A stretch of DNA of 64,000 bases from assembly GCA_964036045.1 (NCBI GenBank), contig OZ038378.1, positions 142,228,001-142,292,000 of the forward strand. Direction: 5' to 3'. This document shows positions 59,709 to 64,000 of the stretch, piece by piece (position 1 is the first letter of the stretch; every line of letters begins with the position of its first letter). The notes under the pieces were generated by a model. The model was not told where the DNA came from. It worked only from the letters and a program-made list of their open reading frames with translations, and did no database searches. The translations under genes were made by a program, and so were the position numbers. Source of the stretch: Eutreptiella sp. 'Long Island Sound 2002' (Eukaryota > Protista > Euglenida).

Positions 59709-62700
59709 GGTACCACTAGACGTGGCGCTGGGCCATTGCAGGGAAGTGGGTAGGGGCAGGAAATAGACTGGAAAAGGGTTGCATGAGCATCTGTGAGCGA
59801 TAGGAAGGGCAGGGACATGGTGCCGGAAAGAGGATGGGTGGTGTGTGTCGCTGTGTGCCCCGGACGAGAAGGACATGCAATGAAGCGCACGGGAGTTCCC
59901 AATCGTTCAGTGGGCAGTCGTGCCAACCGCCGACAGCCAACATGATGACTGTCACTTACACAAGAGCGTGAGCAACAACATGCATTTCCCTCGGCTGCGG
60001 CGGGGGGCTACAAGACACCCGCTGCAGGCTGAACCGTAGCGCCTCACCTCGTCTTAAGGCACTCCTCCCACAAATGACCCGCACACGCGTCCTGGGTGAG
60101 ATTTGAGAGACTGTGCAATTGGATTTTGTCTGTGGCGCGAGTCCCCTGCCAAAGAATAAAGAGGGGCATTTGAATCCGAGTCACAGGCTTACTCCTCGAC
60201 ATACACCTACTAAGCCCTACCAACACATTGTCCAACACAGGCGGCTGGTGCTGGTGGTGGTGGTGGGGTGCCACAAAGACCAAATGAATGGGTGGTCGGT
60301 ACTTCCGGATGCCTGTACTAGTTTACTGTATTGGGGGGGAAGGGAATCATCCACGTGTGGATGGGTGGGTGGTGTAGGAGGTGGAGGGGCCGGTGCATTG
60401 CAGGCGGTGCATTGCAGGCTGCACAGTGGTGTACGAAAAAATGGAACACACGGTTTGCACTGTATCTTCGGCTGGGTCATCGTTTTGGCGATGCCGCATG
60501 GCGTTCTTGCCGATGGCGCGCGGCCAACAAACATGCGCCCGCAATGCGCTGAGATCGATATTAGGACGCCGCGGAGGATTGCTCCAACATCCTGCGTGAG
60601 GGTACCAAACACATGCCGGAATCGTGTATGAACGCGTCCAAAGCACGGCTGGTGCACTAGGGGGCAGGACAAGCGCAGTGGACGGGGAATTGGAACCGAT
60701 TTTTCTTTGATAAAGGACACCAGTGTGATGAACTCCGGGAGCAGACCACCGGGGCTGCGCTATACGATGAGTGCACGCAGAGGCAACTACCCGCGACGAT
60801 GCCCCTAGTAGCTGGCGTCGCCTTTAACCCATGACACTACCCCATCACCGCAAGCACAACCATAGCTGGACTGGGAAAGAGAAACCGCGTTGTTGAGGTT
60901 CAAGTGTGAGCGGGAGATGCACAGAGAGCAAAACGCCGGGGTATGAAGCTCAGCGAGCAAGCGTGTACACAGAGAAGGCTTAACAAATGTCGCGGGCATC
61001 TGCCGTTAGGTGCCGGCCCGTCGTCCAACATCGTAGTGAAACGTAGCAAACCGGAGCAAAGATTTTTCACAGCAGCCTAGCACGAGCTGCAGATCATGCA
61101 GCACCTCGATCGGCAATGCTTCAACACGGGTGGTGGTGCTGCGCGCGAGGGTTGTAACCACATGGTGCAACACACAGCGAAGGCACGAAGAGCAAACAAC
61201 CATAACCCTGCCAGAGTGCATGAAGCAAATTGTCGTCAACTTATCAGTTAGCGGAGACATGAGCGAACACTGGGCCTACATTTGCATGCACGCAATGCCG
61301 CATCCAAAAAAGGACCCCCCCCCATCAAGGCAGTGTCGTGTGGTCACCGTGGCCCGCTGATGTGTGACAGCGCAGGTACACCCGAGGTCTGGGTTTCTAC
61401 TTAGGTCTTCAAACGTCCTACGCTATGAGACGGGTGTCAACAGTGCAAAAACCGGTAACTCAGCCCCAAAATAGAAAGGGGCCAAAACAAAACAAAACAA
61501 AACAAGCACAAACTAAACTATCCTGATCAGAGTCATCAACATACATCTTAGCAATACTCCGACGCAGGAACCACTGTTGGGCCTCGGCGGACGAAACATC
61601 AAGAATTCCTTCTTCCCACATCTCTTGCGGGGGGCCACTAGAATAGTGATGATGCACATTGTATCTGTCTGAGGTTGGTCAAAGGCAACGCGAATGTACG
61701 GCAGTAGTGCATGTCGTTGTTTCCGGAGTGGTGGAATTGGAGCGACCTGAAAAGGGCTATCAGAATACACGGGGCATAGTTTGCACAACGGCACGGCCGG
61801 AAACTAGCCAAGGAACTGCAGGCCGCCCTGTGGTACCTAGCTGCAGGGCCTCTCGCTGTTTCATTGTGAAAACGTGATGTTGAACGATGTTGGCTCGGGG
61901 GATCAATGGTCGGTTCCGATAGACTGAATGTCCCCGCCATAGACAATTCCAGCCATTAGTCCAGCAGTACTGTGTAGCTCAATCAATGCAATGTTGGCTC
62001 GGGCCCCACCGCGCTCCTTGCAGACTTTGGGTTGTCCCAACCCATAGGCATGCAGAGACAGCACGCTCGTACACCATCGTACCTATCCAAGGAGTTGGTA
62101 TACGCCCCCGTGCATGGAAACTAGGACGGGTTCGGGTCCGTGATGGTACTTTACGGACTGCATGTTAGATGCGTGCTTCTCGGCGCCTAGGTGTGTGGCG
62201 GTGGTGATTGTGTGCAGTAGACGCACATTAACCAACTGCTGGAACATCACAGGTGCCTACAGTCATCACTGGTTCATTGATCAATGCCTTACCATTTCAT
62301 TTTTCATGGGCATGTCTACTGCTCAGCATTGCAGCACGGATGCAGATGGCTTTATTGTGCCAGCACCCTCTCTCTAATATATTGCGTGCCATGACAAAAG
62401 CCATCCGCAAATGCTGCGCGCGCACCCTTTTTGTGTGTCACTGCATCCATTGATTGGGCTGTGACAGTGTCATGCTTCATACCTGCACCACCGGAAGAAA
62501 TCACACACTTGCTTACACAGTGGCTACGTCGACAAGCAGTATGGTGGCAAAACAATTATGCCTCGTGGCATGTCCCACACACCGATCCATGCTTAGCACA
62601 TTGTGCCCATTGGCGCACAGACTAAAACGTACTGTCCAATCTGTACATAACTGTCAAATAATGGGAGGGGGTGGGGGTTGTAGTTTTCTAACTGTGTTGT

Positions 62701-62907
62701 TGATTACATTGCAGGGCTTGCTTGGCGGCTGCAACATTACCGCTGTAGGCTTGGCAGGGTTGAGGAACCTTAGATGTAGTACCTGCAGTGCCCGTGCAAT
62801 TGCCTGGGGAAAGAGACACGGTGTCAGTTTGACACTGTGTTCTCTGTAGGTCCGAAAACTGATCCAGTCGCTTGTCACTGCAGAGCCGAAAGGCGCCTAT
62901 GGTACCA

Positions 62908-62987
62908 CTGACGAGGATTTTGTTGTGCTGACGTGTGCTTGTTCTCTCTGACGAGGATTTTGTTGTGCTGACGTGTGCTTGTTCTCT
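62908..62987. repeat. Exact 40-bp tandem duplication
   Basis: CTGACGAGGATTTTGTTGTGCTGACGTGTGCTTGTTCTCT occurs twice. Confidence 0.97.
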
Positions 62988-64000
62988 CTGACCGGCACAC
63001 CACACGTCTCCATACGGGGTATCGTTTGCCCACCCCAACGAGGTGCGAGCAGAATCACTAGTTGAACGGATTGAGTCTGGCATAGAGTGAGGACTATGCT
63101 GGTTATTTCAAAATGTGACGTCTTGGCCTCTTCTTCCTTCAAGTGATTCCCTGCCCTAGGGCTCCTTTAACAACTCAGCACCACTTGGCGGGGGGTGCCC
63201 CCCCCCCCCCCCTCAAAGATTGGGCCAAATCACCTCGAAGAGAGATTGTTAGATCAAGCTCAAGCACGAGCGTCATATACCCCCCTTTTTTGGGGTCGTT
63301 CGCGTAGCAAACCCCACTGTATGGTTTCTGACGTCTAACCCCTTGTAAAATCATCATTTTAGGACCAAAAATGACCCCCAATGATTTTTTGGATTTTGAC
63401 CCCCGTACCACCCCGCACCTGGGTACCCCTTTTTGGGGTGGGGTGGGGGGGTCGGGGGGGGGGTCAAAACTACTTTGCGTATTGTGGCCGCTGTGTGTGT
63501 ATTTGGACCTGGGTCCTGAAGAACTTTTTTCTTGTCTATGGACCCCCTAACCCATGGGGGGGCTCCCGGGTCCCAACTCCAGGTACCCCCAGTCGTCCCC
63601 CCCCCCCATATGGCCCCTTGGCAGTGAGGACTTAGCCGCTTTCCACGCTTGGGGAAGATGTTAAGTGGCACCTGAAAGTTTTTTGAAAAATCGATTTTTC
63701 ATGAAACCCTTCCGTTCCCCCTAGGATGGGTTTGGATGATTATTTGGTGACAATACAAGTACTTGAGCACCCATGGGGACCCATGTAGTGGCCGCTAGGC
63801 CTATATAGCCTGTGCCATGGGCCCTGCAAAAGCCCCAAGATTGCTGTTGCGTAGGCTGTTTAGTGACACTTGGAGATTTTCTTACATTTCGACTTTTTCC
63901 AAAACCGTTCCGTCGCCCCTAGGATGGGTTTGGGTGATCATTTGGTGACAATACGGGTACTTGGGCACTTGGGAACACTGCCCTAAAAATGAGAGAGGCA

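Noticed and set aside
60000-62900. Possible McrB or other gene upstream of mcrC
   Set aside because: Only short broken frames are present, with no Walker A/B or other recognisable motifs and no consistent exon chain.

Overview
Eukaryotic, repeat-rich genomic DNA. It has spliceosomal GT/GC-AG introns, microsatellites, MITEs and LINE relics; a euglenid or other protist origin is my inference. Almost all ORFs in the supplied track are shadows of repeats. Reading the minus strand for exons shows two real split genes. (1) 2059-35441: an array of 14 symmetric phase-1, 84-bp exons, each encoding one 28-aa ribonuclease-inhibitor/NLRC3-type leucine-rich repeat. Each exon sits in a near-identical 1.6-4.8 kb modular intron repeat. 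The introns are homogenised, but the exons vary strongly at the predicted ligand-binding LRR positions, and they splice in order without a stop. (2) 49889-59708: a four-exon, ~652-aa homolog of the bacterial McrC 5-methylcytosine restriction nuclease, with intact PD-(D/E)xK motifs, a ~200-aa C-terminal extension and no McrB partner in the window. The rest is TE debris, satellites, a histone H3 pseudogene fragment, mucin-like relics and tRNA-like inverted repeats.
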